Positions 45,953 to 55,201 of a stretch of 64,000 nt of DNA are shown here, one piece after another (the stretch's first letter is position 1; the number at the start of each line of letters is the position of its first letter). The DNA lies in the IMG/VR virus record IMGVR_UViG_2786546133_000001, positions 25,636 to 89,635 of that record. The stretch is one strand, 5' to 3'. The notes beneath the pieces were generated by a model. The model was given only the letters and a program-made list of their open reading frames with translations. It was not told the origin of the DNA and made no database searches. This stretch comes from a virus (Duplodnaviria; Caudoviricetes). The position numbers were made by a program, and so were the translations under genes.

Positions 45953-47056
45953 ATGGCGACGACATGCCGGGGTCTCGACGTCTCGGCGTACCAGGGCGCA
46001 CAGGACTGGGCCGCGCACAAGCGGGCCGGTGCCGTCTTCGCCTTCGCCAAGGCCAGCGAGGGCATGCGCTCGCGCGACGCCCGGTTCGCGATGCACGTGC
46101 AGGGCATCAAGGCGGCCGGGCTCGTGCCGGGCGGCTATCACTTCGCCTGGCCGAACCAGGACGTCGCGACCGAGGCGGCGAACTACATCGACGCCGTCAA
46201 GCCGCAGGCGGGCAAGGGCTTCGTCCACTGGCTCGACCTGGAGCGGTACAGCGACGGCCGGAACTACTCGGGCCGCTCGTCGGCGCAGATCAAGGCGTGG
46301 GCCACGGCGTGGATCGCCGCCGTGCAGAAGGCGTTCCCCGGGCAGCGCGTCGGCGTCTACACCAGCGCCGACGACATCGCGGCGGGCCGGGCACCCGACG
46401 GCGTGCCGCTGTGGTACCCCGCCTATCCGGGCGCGAGCGTCGACACCTACGCCGAGGCGGAGGCCCGACCGGCGCCGTCCCCGTCCGGGCGGAAGCCGCT
46501 GATCTGGCAGTTCACCAGCGACCCCGCCGGTAGTGGTCCGCGAATGGACCTGAACCTCGCGTACATGTCCGAGGCCGCGTTCCGGGCGTGGGCGGCCGGC
46601 GGCAGCACCGACGACGCGCCCGGCAAGGGAGGGGACGACGTGCCCGATTACGTGAACCTCGGGGTCGCGAAGCCGTACACGCTCGCGCCCGGGAAGTGGG
46701 ACTCGATCGAGTTCGCCACCGAGTGGAACGACACGGCGAGCGACCACGGGACCGGCGGCAGCGTCTTCGTGCGCGGTGCCGCCCGGTTCACCGGCAGCGT
46801 GTCCCTGGCGTTCAGCGGCCTGCCGGTCGGGCACGTCGTCCAGGCCCGCATGTCCGAGTACAACGGCGACGAGCTCGCGGCCGACCACTCGATACACGAG
46901 ATCGTCGGTACGCCCGGCGGGACGTACGCCGTCGTGCCGCTCGTGAAGCGGCTCGCGAAGGACCGCGGTATGCGGGTGCGGCTGCTGAACCAGTCGAACG
47001 TGCCGGTCACCATAACCAGCGCCGTCCTGACGGCGCTCGTCTTCAAGGAGTCCTGA
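45953..47056 (+). CDS. Endolysin, GH25 muramidase
   Basis: GLDVSAYQG, FAFAKASEG, GGYHF, WLDLE, IWQFTS, DLN. Confidence 0.9.
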   Translation: MATTCRGLDVSAYQGAQDWAAHKRAGAVFAFAKASEGMRSRDARFAMHVQGIKAAGLVPGGYHFAWPNQDVATEAANYIDAVKPQAGKGFVHWLDLERYSDGRNYSGRSSAQIKAWATAWIAAVQKAFPGQRVGVYTSADDIAAGRAPDGVPLWYPAYPGASVDTYAEAEARPAPSPSGRKPLIWQFTSDPAGSGPRMDLNLAYMSEAAFRAWAAGGSTDDAPGKGGDDVPDYVNLGVAKPYTLAPGKWDSIEFATEWNDTASDHGTGGSVFVRGAARFTGSVSLAFSGLPVGHVVQARMSEYNGDELAADHSIHEIVGTPGGTYAVVPLVKRLAKDRGMRVRLLNQSNVPVTITSAVLTALVFKES

Positions 47057-47057
47057 C

Positions 47058-47351
47058 GTGCTGCTGCCTTCCATCCTCCGTACGGTCGTGCCGCTCGTCG
47101 CCGGCTGGATCCTCGTCGCCCTGACCGGGCTCGGGTTCTCGCTCAACAGCAACACCGCGCAGGCGGCTGTGACGCTCGCCGTCGCCGGGGCCTACTACAT
47201 CGTGTTCCGGCTCGTCGAGCGGGCGGCCGAGAAGTTCGGCGGGCCGGTCTGGCTCAAGGGCGCCGTCGGCGCGCTGCTCGGCTACGCCCGGCCGCCGCAG
47301 TACAAGCCGACGGACGACATCGCCGACCTGATCCGCCAGAGCCGCACATGA
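47058..47351 (+). CDS. Holin (putative)
   Basis: SILRTVVPLVAGW, two or three TM segments, after lysin. Confidence 0.7.
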   Translation: MLLPSILRTVVPLVAGWILVALTGLGFSLNSNTAQAAVTLAVAGAYYIVFRLVERAAEKFGGPVWLKGAVGALLGYARPPQYKPTDDIADLIRQSRT

Positions 47352-47665
47352 GCACGCCGCAGGACTCCAACGTGATCATCACGCCGGGGCAGATGTATCA
47401 GGAGGTACAGAACTTGTCGCGACTGGTCTCACGGATCGACGGGAAGCTCGACGGCATCCTGACCGACAACCGAGAGATCAAGGGCGACGTCTCCGACCAT
47501 GAGGCGCGTATCCGCGCGCTGGAACTGGGCGAGACCGAGCGGCAGAAGCGAGAAACGGCACGGATCGACGAGCTCGAAACGCGGCGGTGGCCGCTGCCCG
47601 CGCTCGGGGCCGTCGCCGCCCTCGTCGGCGCCGCCGGCGGCGTCGCCGGGTTCTTCCTGCGCTGA
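47348..47665 (+). CDS. Lysis-cassette coiled-coil membrane protein
   Basis: DHEARIRALE coiled coil plus C-terminal TM. Confidence 0.65.
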   Translation: MSTPQDSNVIITPGQMYQEVQNLSRLVSRIDGKLDGILTDNREIKGDVSDHEARIRALELGETERQKRETARIDELETRRWPLPALGAVAALVGAAGGVAGFFLR

Positions 47666-47677
47666 CGCCCTCCGACT

Positions 47678-47719
47678 GAGCCCCTCGTCGTCCCACCGCT
47701 CCGGGATGACGGGGGGCTC
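47678..47719 (+). terminator. Stem-loop after lysis cassette
   Basis: GAGCCCCTCGTCGTCCC pairs with GGGATGACGGGGGGCTC. Confidence 0.6.
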
Positions 47720-47735
47720 TGCCATGCTGACCGGC

Positions 47736-48125
47736 ATGGACGCACACGACGACCTCGAGGAACTGCTCGCGCGCTTGCCGCAGAAGTCGCCGCGCGAGCT
47801 GCTCGCCGAGGTCGAGGCGGCACGCCGGGCGGCCGAGGCGGCACCGTTGCCCGAGCCGAGCCTCATCCCGATGCCGACGTACCCGGACGACCGGCGGGGC
47901 CTGCTCGGCGGCACGATGCGCTTCGGGTGCCCGCTCGGCTGCGACTGGCACCACGACGAGCACCCAGGGCGCGACGCGGCGACAGAGCCGCTCGTCCTGC
48001 CCGCCGACCTCGACCGGCTCGACGAGGCGCTCACCGCGCACGCGAACGCGCGCGCCGAGGCCTTCCGGCTGCGGGTCGAGCAGGCGATCACGGACCACTT
48101 CGACCAGGCGCACCCCGGCCGCTGA
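47736..48125 (+). CDS. Hypothetical protein, probably leaderless
   Basis: CATGCT 7 nt before ATG; CPLGCDWHH. Confidence 0.6.
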   Translation: MDAHDDLEELLARLPQKSPRELLAEVEAARRAAEAAPLPEPSLIPMPTYPDDRRGLLGGTMRFGCPLGCDWHHDEHPGRDAATEPLVLPADLDRLDEALTAHANARAEAFRLRVEQAITDHFDQAHPGR

Positions 48126-48240
48126 CCGGTCGTGTCAGTGCCCCCGTCTACCGTGGTCGTGTCCTTTTCCGATTGCGTCTGGCTGCGCTGATCTTTGGAC
48201 CTTGCGCCCCCGTCCGGCTACCGGGCGGGGGCGGCATGCT

Positions 48241-48414
48241 TCACGCGGCCGGCTCGACGTCGCCGCGCGTGAGGTCCCCCCACAGGTCGAGCAGCAGCCG
48301 GTACCGCTCGGCGCGGGCCGGTGTCGCGGGCTCACCCATCAGGGCGCGTATACGGGCGTTGACGTCGTCCAGGGCAGGGCAGCGGCACCCGTTCGGGCAG
48401 GTCGAGGGGGACAC
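48241..48414 (-). CDS. Small protein divergent from XRE regulator
   Basis: VNARIRALM...RYRLLLDLW...VEPAA, a type often beside actinomycete XRE genes. Confidence 0.5.
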   Translation of the reverse strand: MSPSTCPNGCRCPALDDVNARIRALMGEPATPARAERYRLLLDLWGDLTRGDVEPAA

Positions 48415-48577
48415 GACGTCACGATACGAGCGAGCACTGACACGGCGACTGGCCTGGGTGAAAGTCGACGTGCGCGGGAAGGCGAAGAGCCCCACTCCCT
48501 GGGGAGCGGGGCTCGTTCGTGACCCACGAAGCCGACCGCGGGTACTGTTCTGGTGTCGAAGCAGAACAGGAGCCAGT

Positions 48578-49771
48578 ATGCACGCTCTGCCCGAAGACCA
48601 CACCGGCGTGCGAATGCGACGCCTTCGCCGCGAACGCCACCTCACCCAAAGGGCCGTCTCGGAGCTCTCCGGGATCCCGTACAGCACGTACACGAAAACG
48701 GAGCAAGGGGTCATCCCGGCCACCCCCCACGTGATCGCCGCGTTCGCCCGAGCGATCCGCGTCGAGGTGGCGACCGTCGTCGGCCAGCCCTACGCGACCG
48801 AGCTGCGCGCCGACGAACTCGACGTGCTGATAAGCCCCGTGCGCCATGCGCTCGACGTCTACGACCTCGGCCCCGATCCGGACATCCGCCCCCGCAGTCT
48901 CGTCGACCTGCACGACGACGCCGAAGCCCTGTGCGCGGCCGTCCGTGCCGGGGAGATCAAGCAGGCGGCGAGCAGCGTCGCCGGCCTGATCGAGGAGGCG
49001 ACGACGGCGGCGCACCTGAGCGGCAGCACCGAGGGATGGCTGACGCTCGCCTCGTTCTACCGCACCGCGTACGACGTCGCGGCCAAGCTCGGGTTTCCGG
49101 ATCTGGCTCAGCTGTCGCTCGCTCGGATGGAGTGGGCCGCGCAGCGTGGCTCGGACGCCGTGCTCGGCGGCATGTATCAGTACCTGCGGGCGCTGACGTA
49201 CTTGCGTGAGGGCAAGTACCGCACAGGGCAGCGTCTCGTCACCCTCGGACTGTCGGCGCTCCAGCAGGCCGACGAGAGCCGTGAGCGAGAGGTCGTCACG
49301 GGGCAACTCCACCTAGGGGCGGCCGTCATGGCCGGCCGGGCGCACAACAAGGCCGAAGCGCTCTCGCACCTCGGGGAGGCCGAGCGGATCGCCGGTACGA
49401 CCGGCGAATCGGTGCGTGTGCACTGGCTCGCTTTCGGCCCGACCAACGTGAAGGTGCATCGCGTGTCGGTGCTCGCCGAGCTCGACGAGTACAGCAAGGC
49501 GGTTGAGGTGACGTCGGACCTGCGGATCCCCGAGGACTGGCCCAAGTCGCGGACGAGCCACCACTACGCCGAGGTCGCTCGGGCGCAGATGTGGACGGGG
49601 AAGATCGACGAGTCGTTCAAGAGCCTGGTTCTCGCTCGGAAGACGGCGCCGCAGCAGGCGAAGTACCACCCGACGGTGCGGGAGACGTACGCCGGTCTTG
49701 AGGCCGCGTACCGACGTCTGCCCGAGTCGTTCCTGTCGTACGGCTCTTGGCTGAGCGCGGCGCACGGGTAG
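48578..49771 (+). CDS. XRE-family HTH regulator with TPR-like C-terminus
   Basis: RRERHLTQRAVSELSGI.YSTYTKTEQG; FGPTNVKVHRV; AGGAG RBS. Confidence 0.85.
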   Translation: MHALPEDHTGVRMRRLRRERHLTQRAVSELSGIPYSTYTKTEQGVIPATPHVIAAFARAIRVEVATVVGQPYATELRADELDVLISPVRHALDVYDLGPDPDIRPRSLVDLHDDAEALCAAVRAGEIKQAASSVAGLIEEATTAAHLSGSTEGWLTLASFYRTAYDVAAKLGFPDLAQLSLARMEWAAQRGSDAVLGGMYQYLRALTYLREGKYRTGQRLVTLGLSALQQADESREREVVTGQLHLGAAVMAGRAHNKAEALSHLGEAERIAGTTGESVRVHWLAFGPTNVKVHRVSVLAELDEYSKAVEVTSDLRIPEDWPKSRTSHHYAEVARAQMWTGKIDESFKSLVLARKTAPQQAKYHPTVRETYAGLEAAYRRLPESFLSYGSWLSAAHG

Positions 49772-49794
49772 CGCCTGACGCTCGGTCACCCCTT

Positions 49795-49830
49795 GGCCCC
49801 AACTATCAATAACTCTTGATAGTTGGGGCC
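49795..49830. promoter_or_regulatory. Perfect 15-bp inverted repeat (operator or terminator)
   Basis: GGCCCCAACTATCAA-TAACTC-TTGATAGTTGGGGCC. Confidence 0.7.
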
Positions 49831-50023
49831 TTGTCGTGCCGCCACGATGTCGGGACTGGACTTTCGACATGGAGCCGACCATGACGAACAACCGCTTCCC
49901 GGACCAGTGGCGCACCCGTCGACGCGCCGCAGCCGGTGCCCCCCTGCTACACCTCTTGCGTAGCGTCCGCAGGCCGAGCCCTGCACCGCTCCCGTTGTCG
50001 GCTCCGCGTTCCCATAAGAGGAC

Positions 50024-50503
50024 GTGATGACAACGACTGCTGTAGACCTGCGCCGCCCGGCCCCCCACCGCTGCGACGCCATGACCGCATCGTTCGCGGT
50101 CGTCCCCTGCAACGGCGAGCGCCTGCCCCGCGACGAGGACGCCCGACGCGTACGGGCAATGCGCCGTCTCACCGCCGCCCGGCTCAAGCTGGTCGGTCTG
50201 GAAGCGATGGCCGACGACGTACTGGTGATCGTCTCGGAGCTGCTGACGAACGCGCTCATGCACAGCGGCACTTGGGAGATCTCCCTGTCGCTCGTCGTGC
50301 AGGCCGACAGTCTGCGCATCGAGGTACGAGACGGCATGCCCGGCAAGGCCGAGGCGAAGCGGCCCGAGCCGTCGGACGAGTCCGGCCGGGGGCTGTGGCT
50401 GCTCGACGCCCTGGTAGCCGAACGCCGCGGCACGTGGGGAACACTCGACGCCGGCGCATGCACCTGGTGCACGCTGCCCTTAGCGACGGGAGCGCAGAAG
50501 TGA
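50024..50503 (+). CDS. HATPase_c ATP-binding protein (anti-sigma-like)
   Basis: VSELLTNALMH, IEVRDG, ESGRGLWLL; in-frame TTA at 50480. Confidence 0.85.
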   Translation: MMTTTAVDLRRPAPHRCDAMTASFAVVPCNGERLPRDEDARRVRAMRRLTAARLKLVGLEAMADDVLVIVSELLTNALMHSGTWEISLSLVVQADSLRIEVRDGMPGKAEAKRPEPSDESGRGLWLLDALVAERRGTWGTLDAGACTWCTLPLATGAQK

Positions 50504-50925
50504 GCGCGGCGGCCACCATCCCGCGATGGACACACCCCGTCCCCCCATGGACCCCCACGCTCGACACAGACGCCGTCACCAACGTCTTAGCGGCCGTTCG
50601 GCGCTGGACAGCCTTCGACGGCGACGCGCTGCTCGACGACGTGGGCGCGGTCATCGACGACGTGATCCCGCCCGAGGACGACGTCGAAGAACTCGCCGAG
50701 CGCATGCGCGGCCACCTGATGCGGCTCGTCGCTATCGCCGTCGCGAACCAGGCGGACGAGGACGACCAGGCCGCCGAACTGATCGAGCGGGCGCGCGAGG
50801 TGCGCGCCGAGGACATGCCCGGCGACCACTGGCGGGCCGTCGGACACCTGCGCCGGATGGCGTGGTCGGTGAACGAGTTACTGGAACGGCTGGGCGCCAT
50901 CCGATGCCTGAAGGAGTACGCGTGA
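50500..50925 (+). CDS. DUF6415-like helical protein
   Basis: ELAERMRGHLMRL...VGHLRRMAW..NELLERL; TTA at 50587 and 50878. Confidence 0.6.
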   Translation: MSAAATIPRWTHPVPPWTPTLDTDAVTNVLAAVRRWTAFDGDALLDDVGAVIDDVIPPEDDVEELAERMRGHLMRLVAIAVANQADEDDQAAELIERAREVRAEDMPGDHWRAVGHLRRMAWSVNELLERLGAIRCLKEYA

Positions 50926-51611
50926 TCCAGTTTCCCCGCGCCGCCGTGAGCAGTTCGAGCGAGCAGGGCGTGATCCCTTTCATCACCCAGCGCAAGGGCG
51001 AAGAGGCCGCATCGGCGAACCTCTACCTCCTGCGCCGCAGCGGCACCAACCTTCTCCGCCTGTTCTACAGCGACGAAGACCCCCGAGACCGGCCGCTGCG
51101 CTACATGCTGTGGGCCCGGTGCACGTTCAGCATGGACGACGACGGGATGCCTGTCGGCGAGCCGCAATGGAAGTTCGTGCACCCGTACCGGCAGATGGTG
51201 ACGATGCTCGGAAACCGCTGTCAGATCTGCACACGACCGGCGCGGACCCCGCTCGGGATGATCTTCCTTGCCGGGCCGAAGGACTACGACCCTGCCTCGC
51301 CGGTCATCTCGACGTGGCAGCCGCCCGTATGCGCTCGGCACGTCCGCACGGCGGCGAAACTGTGCCCGCACATGGAGGAGAACCCGACGGTCTTCCTCGC
51401 GGGGAGTGCCCCTCTGTACGGCGTCGTGGGGACCGTCTACGGCTTCGGGCCGAACGGGACCGTCGAAGTCGTCGAGACGCCGGACGAGCCCGTGAAGTTC
51501 GACGACCCGCGCGCTCCACGAACGCTCGCCTCGCAGCTCGTACGGCGCCTGTCGTCGTTCCGGGTCCTGGACATGGACGAACTCCTCGCCGAGCTGGCGG
51601 TCGCCGCATGA
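50922..51611 (+). CDS. Conserved actinomycete hypothetical protein (Zn-binding)
   Basis: VHPYRQ...RCQIC...PPVCARH...LCPH. Confidence 0.7.
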   Translation: MIQFPRAAVSSSSEQGVIPFITQRKGEEAASANLYLLRRSGTNLLRLFYSDEDPRDRPLRYMLWARCTFSMDDDGMPVGEPQWKFVHPYRQMVTMLGNRCQICTRPARTPLGMIFLAGPKDYDPASPVISTWQPPVCARHVRTAAKLCPHMEENPTVFLAGSAPLYGVVGTVYGFGPNGTVEVVETPDEPVKFDDPRAPRTLASQLVRRLSSFRVLDMDELLAELAVAA

Positions 51612-52012
51612 ACGGCGTCAGCACGAGGATGCGCGAGGCATGCCAAAACGCGCTGTGGAACCCTGCGCCGACCCCGAAGGAGGTCGCGCAACTGACCTCC
51701 GAACTTGAGGGCTACGTCCGGGAGCTCAGCCCGCAGTTGGCCGCGCTCGTGCCGCGTATGGGCGAGAACATGCAATCGCTGACGGCGGTTGTGCTGCGTC
51801 ACGTCGACGAGGTCCTCGACGAGCGGGCGCCGCGCGTGAAGGCGGCGACCCGGCTGCAAGACCTCGGCGTCGTCGTACGCGCCGTGCTGGCGGTGCTCGA
51901 CCGCCCCGGCGACCTCGCTCCGGGCGACGACGAGGAGGCGGAGGCCGTGGCCTGTGATCCCGGCGGCTGGCTGCTCGTCGTGCCGCGGGCCGAAGACTCC
52001 CGAACGCGCTAG
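51608..52012 (+). CDS. Hypothetical helical protein (DUF6415-like)
   Basis: ATGA coupling; LTSELEGYVREL. Confidence 0.55.
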   Translation: MNGVSTRMREACQNALWNPAPTPKEVAQLTSELEGYVRELSPQLAALVPRMGENMQSLTAVVLRHVDEVLDERAPRVKAATRLQDLGVVVRAVLAVLDRPGDLAPGDDEEAEAVACDPGGWLLVVPRAEDSRTR

Positions 52013-52328
52013 GCCCGCGCCTTCGGGATTCAGGCTCCGGCTCTCCCGCTTCCACTCCCCCGGCGGTGGAGAGCCGGAGCCGCACCGAGACGCCGGCGGG
52101 GTCGGGGTGCTGCGCCTCGCCTCCGGCCTCGTCGGCAGCAACGCCCGTCCCGGGTCGCCGGACCGCATCCATACGGCGGCTCGGGGCGGGTCTACGACTC
52201 CCGCGCGGCGACGGCCAGGCAAGACGGGCCGCGCGGGAAAGCCGGCCCCTCGACGTCCCCCTGGCGGGGGGCCGGCTCTTGCCCTCGCTCGTGCGCTCGT
52301 ACAGAACCCCGTGGAAGGGAATCGCGCC

Positions 52329-53438
52329 GTGCATACCCTCATCGCCGCACCGTTCGGCGGTACCAACCTCGTCCTGCGTCCGGGAAGCCCGAAGGCTATC
52401 CGGGTCGGCAGTGGCAAGTTCAGTGAGATCTCGACGTCGGTAGCCGAGCAGCAGGCGGTGCCGTCCTGGCTCGCCAGTGCCGCGGCGACGCAGTGGGGCG
52501 TAGACCTGCACGACAGCCCGGCCGCGGAGACGATCCTCATCCGGTCGGCCGGCCCGTACCAGTTCAGCCGCGCGACCGTGGAACTCAACCTCGGCTGTGA
52601 CTACGACTGCGTGATGTGCTACCTCGGCGAGAAGCGATTCGAGAGCCTGCCCCTCGCCGACTGGCGGAAGGTCATGGAGCTTCTCCGCGACGCCGGGGTG
52701 ATCTGGCTCCAGCTCACCGGCGGCGAGCCGCTCGTCGACCCGCACTTCCCCGAGGTGTACGCGTACGCGTACGAGCTGGGCATGCAGCTTGAGATCTTGT
52801 CGAACGGATCGCGGCTGCACAAGGATCACGTCCGCCGGCTGCTCGTCGAGCGGCCGCCCTACAAGATGTCGCTCAGCGTGTACGGCGCGACAGAGGAGAC
52901 GTACGACACGGTCACGCGGAACCATGGCGCTTTCGGCCGGTTCCGCCAGGGGGTCGACGCGGCGATCGCCGCCGGCCTGAACATCGACCTGAGCCTGATC
53001 ATCGTGCGGGAGAACGAGCACGAGGTCGACGCGATGCGCGAGTGGGCGAAGAGTCTCGGTCTGCCGTTCCGCGAGTACGCGAACATCTCGCCGACGATCC
53101 ACGGCACCGCCGAGCCGCTGCCGTCGCAGTCGCCACAGCACCTCACCAACCGGGCCCCGTTCACCGGCTGCCCGGCCGGGGTGACGTTCTTCCACGTCAA
53201 CCCGTTCGGCAAGGCGTCAATCTGCAAGGTCGGACGCGAGCCGAACATCGACCTTCTCGCCGAAGGCGTCGAAGGTCTGTCCCGACTCGGTGACATCGCC
53301 GAGTCCCTCATGCTTCGCACTGGAGGATGCAGCGGCTGCAAGCTCTCCGACTCCTGTCGGGTATGCAGGCCGATGGCGAAGGTCTTCCAGCAAGCGAAGG
53401 CACCACTACACCACTACTGTCAACACGGAAGCAGGTGA
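52329..53438 (+). CDS. Radical SAM/SPASM peptide maturase
   Basis: CDYDCVMC, LTGGEP, C-terminal CPAG...ICK...CSGC...CRVC...YC; GAAGGGA RBS before GTG 52329. Confidence 0.88.
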   Translation: MHTLIAAPFGGTNLVLRPGSPKAIRVGSGKFSEISTSVAEQQAVPSWLASAAATQWGVDLHDSPAAETILIRSAGPYQFSRATVELNLGCDYDCVMCYLGEKRFESLPLADWRKVMELLRDAGVIWLQLTGGEPLVDPHFPEVYAYAYELGMQLEILSNGSRLHKDHVRRLLVERPPYKMSLSVYGATEETYDTVTRNHGAFGRFRQGVDAAIAAGLNIDLSLIIVRENEHEVDAMREWAKSLGLPFREYANISPTIHGTAEPLPSQSPQHLTNRAPFTGCPAGVTFFHVNPFGKASICKVGREPNIDLLAEGVEGLSRLGDIAESLMLRTGGCSGCKLSDSCRVCRPMAKVFQQAKAPLHHYCQHGSR

Positions 53439-53444
53439 CCTTTC

Positions 53445-53585
53445 ATGGCCGCTGTGATGGTCGACATCGCCCCGATCCCCGCCACGGTCCCGGAAGACCG
53501 AGACGCGGTCGTGCTCGTCGAGGACGTCGAGGCGCTGACCGCCGACACGCTGCCGGGCTGCGGCGACGACAACCCGTACAACTGA
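53445..53585 (+). CDS. Putative RiPP precursor peptide, 46 aa (not in ORF track)
   Basis: MAAVMVDIAPIPATVPEDRDAVVLVEDVEALTADTLPGCGDDNPYN; AGGTG RBS; immediately after rSAM. Confidence 0.75.
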   Translation: MAAVMVDIAPIPATVPEDRDAVVLVEDVEALTADTLPGCGDDNPYN

Positions 53586-53597
53586 CCTACCCGTAAG

Positions 53598-53634
53598 GGC
53601 GAGGTGGGACGGCGCTCCGCCGTCCCACCTCGCC
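53598..53634 (+). terminator. Perfect 17-bp stem-loop after precursor
   Basis: GGCGAGGTGGGACGGCG-CTC-CGCCGTCCCACCTCGCC. Confidence 0.7.
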
Positions 53635-53677
53635 GCCCCTCAGCACGTCCGACCCATCTGCCTACTGGAGCACTTCC

Positions 53678-54478
53678 TTGCCGACGCACCGCCTGACCGA
53701 AATTCCCGCTGACGCGCTCAAGGCGATCGAAGCCGTCGCCGGGCCCGTGCTCGACGTCGAGATGCTCTCGGCCGGCTACAACAGCGAGATCGCCGCTCGC
53801 CTACACCTCGCCGGAGGCACGGTTTTCGTGAAGGGGCTGGGCCAAGACCACCCGCGGGTGTGGACGCAGCAGCGCGAGGCCGACGTCAACCCGCATACCG
53901 GCGGCCTTGCCCCCGCCCTGCGGTGGCACATCCAGCAAGGCGGATGGAACCTGCTCGGGTTCGAGGACCTCGGCGGCAGGCACGCCGACTACTCGCCGGG
54001 CTCCCCTGACCTGGAACTCGTCCTTCAGGCAATGTGGCGCCTGGCATCGCTCGTCGCGCCGTCGTCGGTCGACCTCAAGACGATGCCGGCGCGGATGGGC
54101 GGGCACGTCGGCGACCCGGAAGAGGCCCGCCTGTTCGGCGGGGCGAGCCTGCTGCACACCGATTGGAATCCGGACAACGTCCTGATCGTCGACGGCATGG
54201 CGCGGCTGGTCGACTGGGCGTGGGCCTCGCGCGGCGCTTCCTGGGTCGATCCGGCGCTGTGGGTGATCTGGCTGCTCGCCTCGGGGCACGACGTGTCGAG
54301 CGCTGAGGAACTGGCCGGACGGCATCCGGCCTGGAGCGGCACGCCGGTCCGCGCCGTCGACGCGTTCGCGCAGGCTCAAGCCCGGCTGTGGGAGGCGATC
54401 GCGAGCGCCGACCGGCCGGACGAGTGGACGCACAGGCTGCATGCGGCCGCACGGACCTGGGCTGAGCACCGGCAATGA
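53678..54478 (+). CDS. Aminoglycoside-phosphotransferase-like kinase
   Basis: VFVK, HTDWNPDNVL, LVDWAW; GGAG RBS, TTG start. Confidence 0.8.
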   Translation: MPTHRLTEIPADALKAIEAVAGPVLDVEMLSAGYNSEIAARLHLAGGTVFVKGLGQDHPRVWTQQREADVNPHTGGLAPALRWHIQQGGWNLLGFEDLGGRHADYSPGSPDLELVLQAMWRLASLVAPSSVDLKTMPARMGGHVGDPEEARLFGGASLLHTDWNPDNVLIVDGMARLVDWAWASRGASWVDPALWVIWLLASGHDVSSAEELAGRHPAWSGTPVRAVDAFAQAQARLWEAIASADRPDEWTHRLHAAARTWAEHRQ

Positions 54479-54718
54479 TGGGCATGCGCTGGTGAAGCTC
54501 CGGCCCGTCCGCTCCCCCCGTGGCGGGCGGGCCGGTGACGTCGTCTCTGCCGGTGTCGCCCCACGGTTGGGCGATCCTCAAATGGGGGGACAGCGAGTGT
54601 CCGGCAGAGGGCCCGTGACCCGCAGTCGAATCGCGAAGAACAAACGGCCGCGTCGGCTGCCATCCGGTCCGATCCCGGACACGGGCGTTCCCCCCCTTTG
54701 CACGCTCAGGAGTGACTC

Positions 54719-55201
54719 GTGAACCAGGACCAGGGCGCCGCCGTCGAAGTGCGGTCCGCCGACGAGCGGGACGAGTGGGAAGCGTCCTGGTACCGCGAGC
54801 GACTGGCGGACCCGTTGCTCGTCGCCGCCGGGGTGGTGGTCGTCGTCGACCGGCTCGGCTATCTCGCGGTGCCGGTCGGCGGCGAGCGGCGCGGCGGGTA
54901 CATCAGCGTCAGCGACGCGGCGGCGGTCATGCCGCTACGCCAGGCGCTCGACGGGCGCGACGGCTTCCCCGCGTTGCGGGTGCGCTGGTCGACGTGCCCG
55001 AGCGCCTGTCACGTCGTCGAGTGGGGCGAGCCGGCGCCTGAGACGGACGACCACGAGGCACTTGGCCGGGTCTACGGATACAGCGACGCGGCGGTCCGCG
55101 AGTTCGCCGACCAGCACCCGCCGCCCCCGTCGGGCCCCGCAGTCACCGAGCGGCGACCTTCCCGGCTCGGTAGGCGCGCATCGTCTTCGCGCCGCGCCTG
55201 A
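54719..55201 (+). CDS. DUF6302-like hypothetical protein
   Basis: LAVPVGGERRGGY...GFPALRVRWS...VVEWGE...LGRVYGYS; AGGAG RBS. Confidence 0.6.
   Translation: MNQDQGAAVEVRSADERDEWEASWYRERLADPLLVAAGVVVVVDRLGYLAVPVGGERRGGYISVSDAAAVMPLRQALDGRDGFPALRVRWSTCPSACHVVEWGEPAPETDDHEALGRVYGYSDAAVREFADQHPPPPSGPAVTERRPSRLGRRASSSRRA

Noticed and set aside
53678-54478. Kinase as an aminoglycoside resistance gene
   Set aside because: Only the generic APH/kinase fold motifs are visible; context points to peptide modification or another role
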